A DNA stretch of 64,000 nt from Mobula hypostoma (GCF_963921235.1 NC_086108.1:50780001-50844000), one strand, 5' to 3'. Shown: positions 44,501-57,084, counted from the first letter of the stretch. Numbers and translations: made by a program. The notes: generated by a model from the sequence alone, not told the origin.

Positions 44501-44613
44501 CACAGGAAACAGTTGAGGCCAGTTCATTGGCTATATTTAAGAGGGAGTTAGATATGGCCCTTGTGGCTACGGGGGTCAGGGGGTATGGAGGGAAGGCTGG
44601 GGCGGGGTTCTGA
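41581..44613 (+). CDS. CR1 ORF2: APE endonuclease plus reverse transcriptase, uninterrupted, no upstream AUG
   Basis: Endonuclease motifs NARS, ETW, YRTP, GDFN and SDH; RT motifs [32 protein letters not shown] and KFVDD; CR1 C-terminus. The listed start is TTG and the frame is open from 41560. Confidence 0.92.
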   Translation: MGGGNQIKEARREEVSSQQGGGNQCRETEGCKVRVEAKSTKEKSKNGRPTNPGQALKRTTLQHNCIRAKRVVKERLKALCVNARSIRNKVDELKVQIIINDYDIVGITETWLQGDQGWELNVQGYSIFRRDRHEGRGGGVALLVKEEINAIERKDISREDVESIWVELRNTKGQKTLVGVVYRTPNSSSEVGDGIKQEIRNVCNKGTAVIMGDFNLHVDWVNQIGKGAEEEDFLECMRDGFLNQHVEEPTREQAILDWVLSNEEGLISDLVVRCPLGKSDHNMVEFFIKMESDIVNSETKVLNLKRGNFEGMRCELAKIDWQMTLKGLTVDMQWQAFKGCMDELQQLFIPVWQKNKSRKVVHPWLTREIRDSINSKEEAYKLARESGSPEDWEKFRVQQRRTKGLIRKGEKDYERKLAGNIKTDCKSFYRYVKRKRLVKTNVGPLQTETGELIMGSKDMADQLNNYFGSVFTKEDINNLPEIVGDRGSSEMEELSEIHVSREVVLGKLKGLKADKSPGPDGLHPRVLKEVAQEIVDALVIIFQNSLDSGLVPEDWRVANVTPLFKKGGREKPGNYRPVSLTSVVGKLLESVIKYVITAHLESGEMIGQSQHEFVKGKSCLTNLTEFFEGVTSRVDRGEPVDVVYLDFQKAFDKVPHRRLVCKLKAHSIGGKVLVCVENWLADRNQRVGINGTFSEWQAVTSGVPQGSVLGPQLFTIYINDLDEGIKCSISKFVDDTKLGGSVRCEEDAKRMQGDLDRLGEWANSWQMQFNVDKCEIIHFGGKNRKTDYYLNGGRLGKGEVQRDLGVIIHQSLKVGMQVQQAVKKTNGMLAFIARGFEYRSREVLLQLYKALVRPHLEYWVQFWSPNLRKDILALEGVQRRFTRLIPGMAGLSYEERLDELGLYSLEFRRLRGDLIETYKILKGLDRLDAGRLFPVLGKSRTRGHSLRIEGKPFRTEMRKNFFTQRVVNLWNSLPQETVEASSLAIFKRELDMALVATGVRGYGGKAGAGF

Positions 44614-46240
44614 GTTGGATGATCAGCCATGATCATAAAAAATGGTGGTGCAGGCTCGAAGGGCCGAATGGCCTACTCCTGCACCTATTTTCTATGTTTC
44701 TATGTTTCTTGACACAGAGGGTGATGAGTACCTGGAATCTGCTGCTAGACGATGTGGTTGAATTCCAACATTCAAGAGGCATTTTTATAGGTACATGGAG
44801 AGAAAAGGCTTGTAGGGTTATGGGCTAATTGTGGACAACTGGGAGGAGCAGGGAGGATGATGTGGTCAGTTGGGGCCAGTTGGGCTTAAGGGTCTATGTT
44901 CTATTACTCTATGACTATGACTCATCTGTCACTTATCCATTTCAGTGTACAGGTGAAGAAGTCAGAGACAAGTCAACTCTACAGAGGCCATGATCATTGG
45001 TTCTCTGAAGATGTCCTGGCCAGGAGACAAATGCGTTAATACTGTGATTGGCAGTTCCATTCTGTCATACTCCATTACCAAACTTGATATGTTATTTATA
45101 ATTTAATTAATGTCATATACACTCAGTGATCCAATTTACAACTTTAATTTGATAATGATCACTTTCCTCCACTCTTAAAAAACAATTCTCTTGCACGACA
45201 ATCGTCCTCACTCACAACCATGTACAGGATTCCAGACTCAGCCTAACAGAGATTTTGTACAGTTGCAACATGACATCTCAACTCCATGTCTTGGCTGACA
45301 AGACAAGCGTGCCAACTGCCTTATTTACATGGATTGCCATTCCCAGGAAGTTATGAACTTGCCCCCAGTGTCTTCTGTAAATCTCCTGATATCCCTACTA
45401 TTTTCTCTATATGTTTGGTTAGTCCCAAAATGCCTTAACTCACGCTTTGCTGGATTACATTCCACCTGTCATACAGCTTGCTCTGCCCAACTTTTTGATC
45501 CAAGCTCATCTGTCTCCTTTAACAACTTCTTGTAAGACCATAAGATATACGAACAGGACTAGGCCATTTGACTCATCAAGTCTGCTCTGCCATTTCACCA
45601 TGGATGATCCAATTTTCCTCTCAACCCCAATCTCCTGCCTTCTCCCCATATCCCTTCATTCCCTGACTAATCAAGAACCTATCAACCTCTACCCTAAATA
45701 TACATAAAACATGGCTTCCACAGCTATTTGTGGCAAATAATTCCACAATTCACCATTGGCTGGTTAAAGAAATTCCTCCTCATCTCCATTCTAAAAGGAC
45801 ACCTCTCTATTCTGAGGCTGTGTCCTCTGGTCTTAGACCCCCCCCCCCCCCCACCATAGGAAACATCTTCTCCACGTCCACTTTATTGAGCCCTTTCACC
45901 ATTCAATAGGTTTCATTCTTCTAAATTCAAATGAATATACCCACAGAGCCATCAAACGCTCTTCATCTGACAAGCCATTCAATCCTGGAATGATTTTCAT
46001 GAACCTCCTTTGAATCTCCTCCTGTTTCAGCACAACCTTTCTAAGACAAGGGGTCCAAAATTGCTCACAACACTCCATGAAGTCTCACCAGTGCTTCATA
46101 AATTCTTAACATTATACCCTTGCTTTTACATTCTAGTCCTCTTGAAACAGCTGCTAACATTGCACTTACCTTCCTCACCACAGACTCTACCTGCAAATTA
46201 ACCTTTAGGGAATCCTCCATAAGGACTCTTAAGTCCCTTT

Positions 46241-48255
46241 GAACATAAGAACATAAGAAATAGGAACAGGAGTAGGCCATCTGTCCCATCGAGCCTGCTC
46301 TGTCATTCAATAAGATCATGGTTGTTCTGACCATGGACTCATCTCCACCTACCTGCCTTTCCCCATAACCCTTAATTCCCAACAATGCTAAAATCTACCC
46401 TACTTTGTCTTCTATATATTTGCTGAGGTAGCCTCCTCGGCTTCACTGGGCAGAGAACTCCACAGATTCACCACTCTCTGGGAAAATATACTCCCTTGAA
46501 TCTTGAGGCTATGTCTCCTAGTTCTAATCTTACCCATCAGTGGAAACAACTTTCTTGCCTCTATCTTATCTATTCCTTTCATAATTTTTTATGTTTCTAT
46601 GAAATCTCAGTCATTCTTCTGAATTCCAGTGAGTGCAGTTTCAGGCGACTCAATCTCTCCTCATAGCCTAACCCCCTCATCTCTGGAATCAACCTGGTGA
46701 ACCTCGTCTGCACCGCCTCCAAAGCCAGTATATCCTTCCTCAAGTCAGAAAACTAGAACTGCACATAGTCCTTCAGATGTGGCCTCACCAGTACCTTACA
46801 TAGTTGCAGCATAGTCTCCCTGCTCCTAAATTCAATCCCTCTAGCAATAAAGGCCAACATTCCATTTGCCTTCTTGATAGCCTGCGGCACCTGCAAACCA
46901 ACCTTTTGTGATTCGGGTACAAGCAATCCCAAGTCCTTCTGCACAGCAGCATGTTGCAACCTTTTACAATTTAAATAATAATTTGATCTTCCATTTATCC
47001 TTCCAAAGTGTATGACCTCACATTTACCAACATTGTACTCCATCTGTCAGACTCACGCCCACTCACTTAACCTATTATCTCTCTGCAGACTCTGCGTATC
47101 TTCTGCACAATTTGCTTTTCCACTCTACTTAGTGTCATCAGCAAACTTAAATACACTACACTTAGACCCCTCTTCCAGATCATTAATGTTTACCGTGAAC
47201 AGTTGTGGGCCCAGCACTGACCCCTGTGGCACCCCGTTCACCACTGATTGCCAACCAGAGAAACACTCATGTATCCTAACTCTTTGCTTTCAGTTGGTTA
47301 ACCAATCCTCTATCGATGCTAATACATCACCCCCCAACTCTATGTATCTTTAACTTATGGGTAAGTCTTTTATGTGGCACCTTATCAAATGCCTTCTGGA
47401 AATCCAAGTTAACGTCCAACTGTTCCCCTATTTCCACTGGGCTCATTATATCTTCAAAGAACTCCAGTACGTTTGTCAAACAGGGCCTGTCTTTGCAGAA
47501 TCCAAGCTGCATCTGCCTGATGATCCATTTCCTTCCAGGTGCTTTTCTGTTTCTTCTTAATGATAGCTTCAAAGGGCCCTACATTCACTTTAGCCACCAT
47601 TTTCCCCTTTGTATAATTATAAAAACTTTTACTATCTATTTTTAAATTTTGTACTAGTTTATGTTCATAATCTATCTTCACTTTCTTCATTATTCGCTTA
47701 GTGGTTCTTTGTTGCTTTTTAAAATTTTCCCAATCTTCCAGTTTCCCACTACTCTTGGCAACTTTGAACACACGAGCTTTTAGGTTGAAACCTTCCTTTA
47801 TTTCCTTAGTTATCCATGGCTGGCTCCCTCCACCCTTGTTTTGAATTGGAATATACTTTTGTTGAGCACCATGAAAAATCTCTTTGAAAGACTTCCACTG
47901 TTCCTCAACTATCCCACCATATAGCCTGTGTTCCCAGTCTACCCTATCCAACTCTTCCCTCATCCCGCTGTAGTCTCCCTTGTTTAAGCATAATACACTG
48001 GTTTTAAATCGAACTACCGCACCTTCCATTTGTATGAGAAGCTCAGTCTTACTGTGATCACTCTTTCCAAGATTGCTAACTTTACCTGTCTCATTGCACA
48101 GGGCTAGATCCAAGATAATACGTTCCCTCGTAAGTTCATTAACATGCTATTCAAGAAAGTACCACATATGCATTCTATGAAGTCCTCCTCAAGACTGCCT
48201 CAACCAACTTGATTCACTCAATCTATGTGCAAGTTAAAGTCCCCCACGATATCTT
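46241..48255 (-). mobile_element. Second CR1 (internally deleted) nested in the previous CR1
   Basis: Has its own (GAACATAA)n tail at 46241, then the C-terminus, RT (LDFQKAFDKVPH) and the end of the endonuclease (LGKSDH). Confidence 0.8.
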
Positions 48256-48699
48256 AGCACCTCAGTTTTTTGTATTTTCTCTTCATTTACAAAGTAGTTG
48301 ATCTTTTCATTTCTTCTACCAAAGTGTATGACCATATACTTCCCGACAATGTATTCTATCTGCCATTTGTTTGCCCATTCTCATAATCAGTCTAAGCCCT
48401 TCTGTAGCCTCTCTTCTTTCTGAAATCTACCAGCCCCTCCACCTATCTTCATATTGTCTGCAAAATTTGCAACAAAGCTATCAATTGCATCGTTCAAATT
48501 ATTGACATTTAATGTAAGTAGAAATGGTCCCAACACAGACCCCTGTGGAACACCACTAGTCACTGACACCCAGCCAGAAAAGGCTCCCTTTTTTCCCCAC
48601 TCTTTCCCTCCTGCCAGTCAGCTGCTGCCTTATCCTTGCTAGAATCTTTCCTGTGATACCATGGACTCATAGTTTATTAAACTGCCTCATATGTGGCTC

Positions 48700-49449
48700 A
48701 CAAACAAGAGAAAACATGCAGATGCTGGAAATTCGAGCAACACACAAAAATGCTGGAGGAACTCAGCAGGCCAGGCAGCATCTATGGAAAAAAGCAGTCG
48801 ACATTTCAGGCCGAAACCTCTCAGCAGGACTGGAGTGAAAAAGCTGAGGAGTAGATTTCAAAAGTGGGGTGAGGGGAGAGAGAAACACCAGGCGATAGGT
48901 GAAACCTGGAGGAGGAGGGATGAGCAAAGAGCTAGGAAGTTGATTGGTGAAAGAGACAGAAGGCCATGGAAGAAAAATTGGGGGGGGGGGGTGGGAAGAA
49001 CACCAGAGGGAGGTGATGGGTGGCCAAGGAGGTAACATGAGAGAGGGACAAGAGGATGGGAAATGGTGAAGGGTGGAGGTATTACTGGAAGTTTGAGAAA
49101 TCAATGTTCCTGCCATCAGGTTGGAGGCTACACAAACTGAATATAAGGTGTTGTTCCTCCAACCTAAGTGTAGCTTTATCACGACAGTGGAGGAGGCCAT
49201 GGATGGACATATGGAATGGGAATGGGAAGCAGAGTTAAAAATGGGTGGCCACTGGGAGATCCCGCTTGTTCTGGTGGTTGGAGCATAGATGCTCAGCAAA
49301 GTAATCTCCCAGTCTACGCTGGGTCTCACTGATATACAGGAGACCACACCAGGATCACTGAACACAGTAAATGACCCCAACAGACTCACAGGTGAAGTGT
49401 TGCCTCATCTGTAAGGTCTGTTTGGGGACCTGAATGGTAGTGGTGGAGG
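48700..49449 (-). mobile_element. Penelope-like element 3' part with 11-bp TSD
   Basis: TSD ATATGTGGCTC at 48689-48699 and 49450-49460. A GIY-YIG-region remnant and terminal repeat are present, with a degenerate hammerhead at 48796-48831. Confidence 0.85.
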
Positions 49450-51229
49450 ATATGTGGCTCCTTGTCAAAGGACTTCTTAAAATCCAAGTACACAAAATCA
49501 ACCAACTATCCTTTGCCTATCCTGCTTGTTACTTCAAAGAATTCCAGCAGATTTCTCAGGCAATATTTTCCTTTGAAGAAACCATGGTGACTACAGCCTA
49601 TTTCATCCTGTGCCTTCAAGTATCCTGTGACCTCATCTTTAATAATCAACTCCAACATCTTCCTAACCACTGAGGTCAGATGAACTGGCCTATAGTTTAC
49701 TTTCTTCTGCCTCTCTCCCATCTTGAAGAGTGGAGTAACATTTGAACTTTTCAGTCTTCTGGAATCATTCCAGAATCTCGTGATTCATGGAAGTTCATTA
49801 CTAGTGCTTCCACAATCTCCTCACCTACCTCTTTCAGAACCTAGGGTGTATACCATTTTGCCCAGGTGACTTATCCACCTTCAGACCTTTCAGTTTCCCA
49901 AGAGCCTTCTCTCTAGTTATGGCAACTTCACACAATTCATGCACTCTGACACCTGGAACTTCTGTCTTACAGCTAGTGTCTTCCACAGTGGAGACTGATG
50001 CAAAATACTTCTTTAGTTCACCCGCTATTTTGTTGTCCTCCATTACTACCTCTCCAGCATCGTTTTCCAGTGGTCTGATATCCATTCTCAGCTCTCTTTT
50101 ACACGTTATGTATCTGAAGAATCTTCCGGTATATTCTTTAATATTATGGCTAGCTTAATTTTGTATCCCGTCTTTACCTTTTAAATTACTTTTTTTAGTT
50201 GCCTTCTGTTGGTTTTTTAAAGCTTCCCAATCATCTAACTTCCCATTAGTTTTTGATCTATTATATGCCCTCACTTCGGTTTTTATGTTGGCTTTGATTT
50301 CTCTTGTTTGCCACAGTTATGTCATCGTTCCTTTAGAACACTTCTTCCTCTTTGGGATGTACATATCCTGTGCCTTCCAAATTGCTTCTAGAAATTCCAG
50401 CCATTGCTGCTCTGCCAGAATCCCTGCCAGTGTTCTTTTCCAATTAATTCTGATCAACTCCTCTCTCATGCCTCTGTAATTCCCTTCACTCCACTGTAAT
50501 ACTGATACATCTGACTTTAGCTTCTCCTTGTCAAATTTCAGGGGTGAATTTGATCATATTATGATCACTTCCCACAAGAGTTCTTTTAACTTAAGCTCTC
50601 TAATCAATTCTGGTTCATTACACAACACCCAATCCAGAATAACTGAACTTCTAATGGGCTCAACTACAAATAGGCACTCTAGAAATTCCCCCTCCTGTAA
50701 TCCAGCACCAACCTGATTTTCCCAATCTATCTGCATACTGAAGTCCCCCATGACCATTGTAACATTGCCTTTTTGGCATGCACTTTCTATCTCCAATTGT
50801 AATTTGTAAGCCACATTCTTAATACTGCTTGGAGGTTTGTATACAATTCCCATCAGGCCCTTTTTAACCTTGCAGTTCCTTAGCTCTATCCATAATGATT
50901 CAATACTTTCCAACTCTATGTCACCTCTTTCTAATCATTTGATTTCAATTTTTACCAACAGAGCAACACCATCCCCTGCCTTCCTGCCTGTTCTTTTGTT
51001 ACAAAGTGTATCCTTGGACATTAAAGCTCTCAGGTATAATCTTTCAACCATGATTCAATGATGCCTACAGCATCATACCTGCCAATCTGCAACTGTCCTA
51101 CAAGTTCATCTACCTTATTCTGTATACTGTGCACATTCAAATACAACATCTTCAGTCCTGTATTCATCCTTTTCGATTTTGTCTTCATTACATTGCAGTT
51201 CATCCCGCTGATTGCAATTTTGCTCTATC

Positions 51230-53560
51230 AATAAGACGAAAGGATATAGGAGCAGAATTAGGCCATTTGAGTTCGATCCACCATTTCATCATGGCTGATC
51301 CCAGATACCATACAACCCCATATCTCTTGCTCCCCTGACCAATCAGGAATTTATCAACTTCTGCTTTGAATATACCCATAACTTGGCCTCCACCGCAGTC
51401 TGTGTTAGAACATTCCACAGATTCACCATTCTTTTGCTAAAAAAATTCCTCCTTACCTCTGTTATAAAAGATCACCCCTCAATTTTGAGGCTGTGCCACT
51501 AGTTCTGGATACCTCCACCAGAGGAAACATCCTCTCCACATCCACCTTATCTAGTCCTTTCAACATTCAGTAGCTTTCAATGAGATCACCATGCATTCTT
51601 CTAAATTCCAGTGAGTACAGGCCCAAAGCAGCCAAACGATCCTCACATGTTAACCCCTTAATTTCCGGAATCATCCTCATGAATCTCCTCTGGACTCCCT
51701 CCAATGTCAACACATCCTTTCTGAGATATGGGGCCCAAAACTGTTGACAATGCTACAAGTGTGGCCTGATTAGTGTTTTATAAAGGCTCAGCATTAGCTT
51801 CTTGCTTTTATATTTTATTCCCCTTGAAATAAATATCAACATTGAATTTGCCTTCTTTACCACAGACTCAACCTATGAATTAACTTTCTGGGAGTCTTGC
51901 ACGAGGACACCCAAGTCCCTGGGCATCTCTGATGTTTGAACCTTCCCCCCCATTTAGATAATAGTCCACACTATTGTTCCTTTTACTAAAATGCATTATC
52001 GTACATTTCCCAACACTATATTCCATCTGCCACTTTTTTGCACATTCTTCCAATTTGTCTAAGTCCTGTTGCTTCCTCAGCACTACCTACCCCTGCACCT
52101 ATCTTTGTATCATCCACAAACTTTGTCACAAAGCCATCAATGTCACTATCCAAATCACTGACAAACAATATGAAGAGTTGCGGTCCAATACGGCAACTCT
52201 CGAGGATTCTCACGGAACACTGAATACCACTAGTCACTGGCAGCTAACCAGAAAAGGCCCCCTTTATTCCCACTCACTGCCTCTTGCCTGTCAGCCAATC
52301 CTTTATCCATGCCAGTATACTTCCTATAACACCATAGGATTTTATCTTGTTAAGCAGCCTAACTCCCTATATTCTGTTTTCAGGACCTCCTCACTTTTTC
52401 TACCTAACAACAGCCTTTCTTCACTACACTTTACCTCTGATTGTAAACCAGCTACCTCATCTTCGGCACTATTATCTGCTCTTCCTACAATACTTGCATT
52501 GAAATATATGCAGCTCAGGACACTAGTTGCACCATGCTCAACCTTTTGATTCCTAACTTTGTCTGAGGTCTTACCAACATCTGCCTTCACAACCTCTCCA
52601 ATAATTGTTCTGGCACTCTGGTTCCCATTCCCCTGCTACTCTAGTTTAAACCCCACCACGCAGCATTAACAAATCTTTATTAGTTCCCCTTCAGTTCATG
52701 TGCAAGCTGTCTCTTCTGTACAGGTCCCACCCTCCCTGGAAGAGAGCCAAATGATCCAAAAATCTCAAGCACAAGGAAATCTGCAGATGCTGGAAGTTCA
52801 AGCAACACACATAAAAATTGCCAGTGAACGCGGCTGATAGATGCTGCCTGGCCTGCTTCATTCACCAGCAATTTTTATGTGTGTTGATCCAAAAATCTGA
52901 CGCCTTCCCTCCTACACCAACTCCTTAGTCATGTATTAAACTGTATAATCTTCCTAGTTCTGGCCTCACTAGCACGAGGCATGGGTAGCAATCCTGATAT
53001 CACTACCCTGGAGGTCCTGCATTTTAACTTAGCACCTAACTCCCTGAACCACCTATGCAGAACCTCATCCTACCCATGCCATTGGTACCTACATGGACCA
53101 TGACTTCTGGCTGTTCACCCTCCCACTTAAGAATGCTGAGGATTCAATCTGAGATATCCCAGAACCTGGCACCCAAGAGGCAACATACCATCTGGGAATC
53201 TAGTTCTCGCCCACAGAACCTCCTGTCCCTAACTAACGAATCCCCTTTCACCACAGCGTGCTTCTTCTCTCCCCTTCCCTTTGAGTCACAGAGGCAGACT
53301 GAGTGCCAGAGACCTGACCACTGTTAGGGTCATCCCCCCACCCCCGACAGTATTCAAAGTGATATACCTGTTATTGAGGGGGATGGCCACAGGGGTATTC
53401 TGTACTGGCTCCTTATCCCCTTTCCCCTTCCTGGTTTCCTAGTTTCCTGCATCCTGCACCTTGGGTGTAAGCACCTCTCTATATGTCCAATCTATCACCC
53501 CTTCAGCTTCCCGAATGATCCAGCATTCATCCAGTTCCAGCTCTAACACCTTGACACGGT
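51230..53560 (-). mobile_element. Rearranged CR1 (3' end and RT at 51230-52360; ORF1 and ORF1/ORF2 junction at 52360-53560)
   Basis: KFVDDTKI and LSCIYFNASIVGRAD (endonuclease start). ORF1 esterase-like sequence (HVGTNG, VISGLLP), with the junction TTTAAACTAG at 52650-52641. Confidence 0.75.
52766..52884. mobile_element. 119-bp palindromic Penelope terminal-repeat insertion with 14-bp TSD
   Basis: TGATCCAAAAATCT at 52752-52765 and 52885-52898. Internal inverted repeat CAACACACATAAAAATTGC / GCAATTTTTATGTGTGTTG. Confidence 0.8.
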
Positions 53561-56500
53561 TAAAGTCTTAAGATCACCACCCCGACTCTGTCCACTCAGA
53601 TGAGGGCCACTGCACTTGCCACACCTTCCTTTAACTTGCTCTAACTAATCAACCCCAAATGCCTATTGGTCACTGGTAAATGCTCTATAACGCTGCCACG
53701 ACCCACTCCTGCCTTTTATCCTCAAGCAGTGGACCTGATTGAAGTCCCCTCCTCTTCAAACTTGCAATACCCCCATTGGCCACTGGTCAAAGCTCTTCTT
53801 CACTGTCATATATTGTTCCCAGTACCAATCCCTGTCGTACAAATGTGTAGTCAGAAAACACTCCTCTATCTCTACCCTCCATCTCCCACCATCATGCCAA
53901 ATTTGGATCCTATCTGCAGACTCATACCTTGAATCCCATGCACCCTAGCATCTGGACCAGCCTATCATGCAGCACTTCAACAAAAGCCTTGCTAAAGTCC
54001 ATCTGCTGTGCTGTCTTTTCTTAGTTATCTCCTGAAAACCTCAATAAGATTTGTGAGACAGGACTTATCCAGCATAAAACCACATTGAGTCTAATCAGTC
54101 CCTGCTTTTCCAAGCAAATGTCAATCCTTTCCCTTAAAATTTTCCCTTATTATTTTACTACTATTGATGCAAGGCTCACCAGCTTGATCACCTCCTAAAG
54201 CAATCTCATTTACATATCAGTCTGATTTGAATTAATTCTTGTTAGATTTACGATACACAGTACACAAGTGGTTATTAAATGTCTGCTTTCACATTTGGCT
54301 CTAGTCTAGTCAGATAATCGGGAGTAAACATTGATATCACAAATGGAGAGATGAGACATTTAGCAGAATCTCTCAGTCTGACTAAGCCGAAAATCCACTT
54401 TATAATAACCCTGCTGGGCAGCCTTCTAAGGTATCTACCTTTTCAACAAAGATAAGCAACTCAAGAAAGCTCGAAATTATCTTTTCCAGTCAGCGTGCAT
54501 CCAGTTCTTTTATCAGCAGGTGTTGCAACAGAAGCTTTAAGGAGTATGATTTAATTTTCCTGTGTTGGACTTCCAGTTAAGTGCAACATTCTTTGATTCA
54601 TGAAAAGGAAGAAAACTTTGGTCATAAACTATGATTACTCAAATCCTTTGACATCCTTACAAGCACTATGACATAACTCCGTCTGTGTTGTTATCTTCGT
54701 TCAAGTTGGTGATGTGTGGAAAACAACTGAGTTACGATACAAAGATCTGGGAAACACCTCCTGTCTCATTTTATTAATCAACGTTATTCCTATTCTGCGT
54801 CTTAGCAATCTGTAACACAAGCTCCACAGTTCCATGTGTTTTCTTATTTACGTGTAACCTCTCATGCAGAACTTTATCAAATGTCCTCTGAAAAGCCATG
54901 CAGATTGCTGTTTTCTTGCTGTCTCTAATCAATTTAACTAACTCCTGAATTACCCTGTACTCACTTCAGTGAGCTACTTTTCTCTCCCTGCATATCTTGT
55001 AGATGTTTGATCTTTCCACATCAGCTGGGTTGTTTTGTCAGAGCTTTTGGTTTAGATTGGTGTTGGTCCTGCTTATTCAACATTACTTTTGTCAATGTTT
55101 GCGACCTACCTTCTGCTGAAATATTGCGCTCCTCTCTCCCTTCTCCCCCTCCCATCAGACAGGAATGACATACCACCAAAATGACAGCTACCAACCCCAC
55201 TGTTATGAGACTTTTGAATGGTTCCCTAGTCCAATAACGTGGGTTCTTGAACTTGCAATCTACCTCGTCATGACCTTGCACCATATTGTCTACCTGTACC
55301 ACACTCTCTCTGTACTCATAACACTTTATTCTGCATTCTGTTTTACCCTTGTACTATTTCAATGCACTGTTGTAATAAGGAGATTAGTATGGGTGATATG
55401 TAAGACATGTTATTCACTGAATAATGAACCGAGTTACACACTCCTATTCATCAGAACTTCCTTGCTTTGTGCCACCTGACATATCATTCACAAATTTATG
55501 CCGACTCTTGCCAATTGATATTTGTTGAAGTATTCAATCATTTTGTCTCTGTTGAGAAATTCCTGTAATGTACCCATATTTGGTGTTAAGGCAAGTGGCT
55601 TCCCAGTTGCTATGGTAGCCCATGATGATAATGTACAGATATTTCACTTCTAAGGGACACGTACTAAATTCTGAAATGCAGTTGAAAACTATGACTAATC
55701 TATCTGAATTTTTCTCACAGATTTCTTTTTGACCAATGTTGCTCAACAACCTGGTTAACAGGAATTATAATTCTCATACTTAAAATGAACCACTACCTCT
55801 GTATCAATTTACATGTATAAAATGGAATGCAGTTTTTCTAGTATGCTTTCCTGACTTATTTCATGAAAAACCTAAATTTAATCAATGCCCAGTAGTCCAC
55901 TCCTCATTTTCTCTCTGTTTAATCATGAATTTCTCTTAAAAGCTGTGTAATATTTCTGAGCTTATTTCAAATGTTGTGGATTTTCGGTGTGCTCAAAACT
56001 AGATCTGCATTCTCTAAGTTTTAATGGTTATATATGTTTTGACTAAAACGTTGAACTATTAAGGAGAACCCATGGGGAAAACTGTTCCTGCTGTTTGGAG
56101 AGGGTAGGACAGAGACATCATTTTAAAACGGGCCCTTCAAGGGCAAAGTTAGAAAAGCATGCCAGGAATTTAGAATTCTGTCCTGGAAATCTTAATTTAA
56201 TGCCAGACTAGTTAATTTTCCAACCAGAATTTCTGAAAAGACTTCAAAAATTATGTAGGAGCCATGCATTTGTTTTCTACTTGCATTGTATTCTGTGTTG
56301 TGCATTTGTGTACAATAGTAACAGGATGAGTGAGTGGTAAAAGTGAAGAGAATAAGTTACATATTTGTGCTTTGTTCTGGGCACTTTGTTGCTGAGGACT
56401 GATGGATGTCATATCTTTTGTTATCCGCTTAGTTACACTTAATTACACTTAAGTTTCATCGCTTCAAGTTTGTATGTTTTGCTAGTTGTTAATAAGGGAT

Positions 56501-57084
56501 CAAATACAATTCTTCAACATTCTGTCAACAGAAGACTTTGACCGTTATGCCAAACAGTCAGCATTCAGATATGTCTCAGAAATTAGAAGCACCATAGCCA
56601 GGAGAGCTTGTGAAGTATTGACCTTTTTTGATTTATGCTGTGTGTCTGGGTTTGGAATGGTGGTCGTTGACTGAGAGCTCTATAGCGTGGTGTTTGCCTA
56701 TGAGTTTGACGCTTGGTTCTGTTGAAATGCTGAAATTCTTTGATTGTCAACATCCCAATTGAATGCTGATTCTTCGTCTGGTTTGCACACTTGGAAAACA
56801 ACATGAGTTAAGCTGGAAGCAGTGGCCTTGAAATCAGGATTGAAAGAGAAATTAAACTGACTGGGAAAGCTTTGGCAATTAGAATTGACAATGGTAGGAA
56901 GGGCTACAATAGAATGGCTAAGAAGATTAATGATTTAATACTGTAAATTAGAAGTTTCCGGTAAAAGAAGAGCAAGATGCTACACAAGTGCAGTTTCATC
57001 TGGGTGATATAAAAAATCTTTGTGAAGATGTTGCTAAGAAACATAACTTTCTATTGACTTTAATGCCTATCTCAGAACAAGATA

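Larger units (their letters stand above)
41123..44708 (+). mobile_element. Young 5'-truncated CR1 LINE
   Basis: ORF1 3' part, complete ORF2, 3' UTR and (TTTCTATG)n tail. Confidence 0.95.
40960..44922 (+). mobile_element. Old CR1 3' fragment (40960-41122 and 44709-44922) split by a young CR1
   Basis: LEHKRTRGDL… precedes the insert. ACACAGAGGGTGATGAGTACCTGGAAT and a (CTATGA)n tail follow it. Confidence 0.65.
45535..51230 (-). mobile_element. Degraded near-full ORF2 CR1 in segments (~45535-46240, ~48256-48699, 49450-51230)
   Basis: In order along the + strand: tail, C-terminus, RT ([10 protein letters not shown]…FADN), NYRPVHLTS and endonuclease (IESLWIELRN, MGDF). The segments are colinear once the nested inserts are removed. 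Confidence 0.8.

Noticed and set aside
41946..44636. Long antisense ORFs (258 aa and 230 aa) over CR1 ORF2
   Set aside because: Shadow ORFs of a coding strand with no recognisable domains; the same applies to antisense ORFs over the RTE and LTR elements.
55490..55680. Possible minus-strand exon
   Set aside because: The translation KPLALTPNMGTLQEFLNRDKMIEYF resembles decayed CR1 RT (RPVSLTSxxGKxLExxIRDxI), so it is probably a repeat relic.
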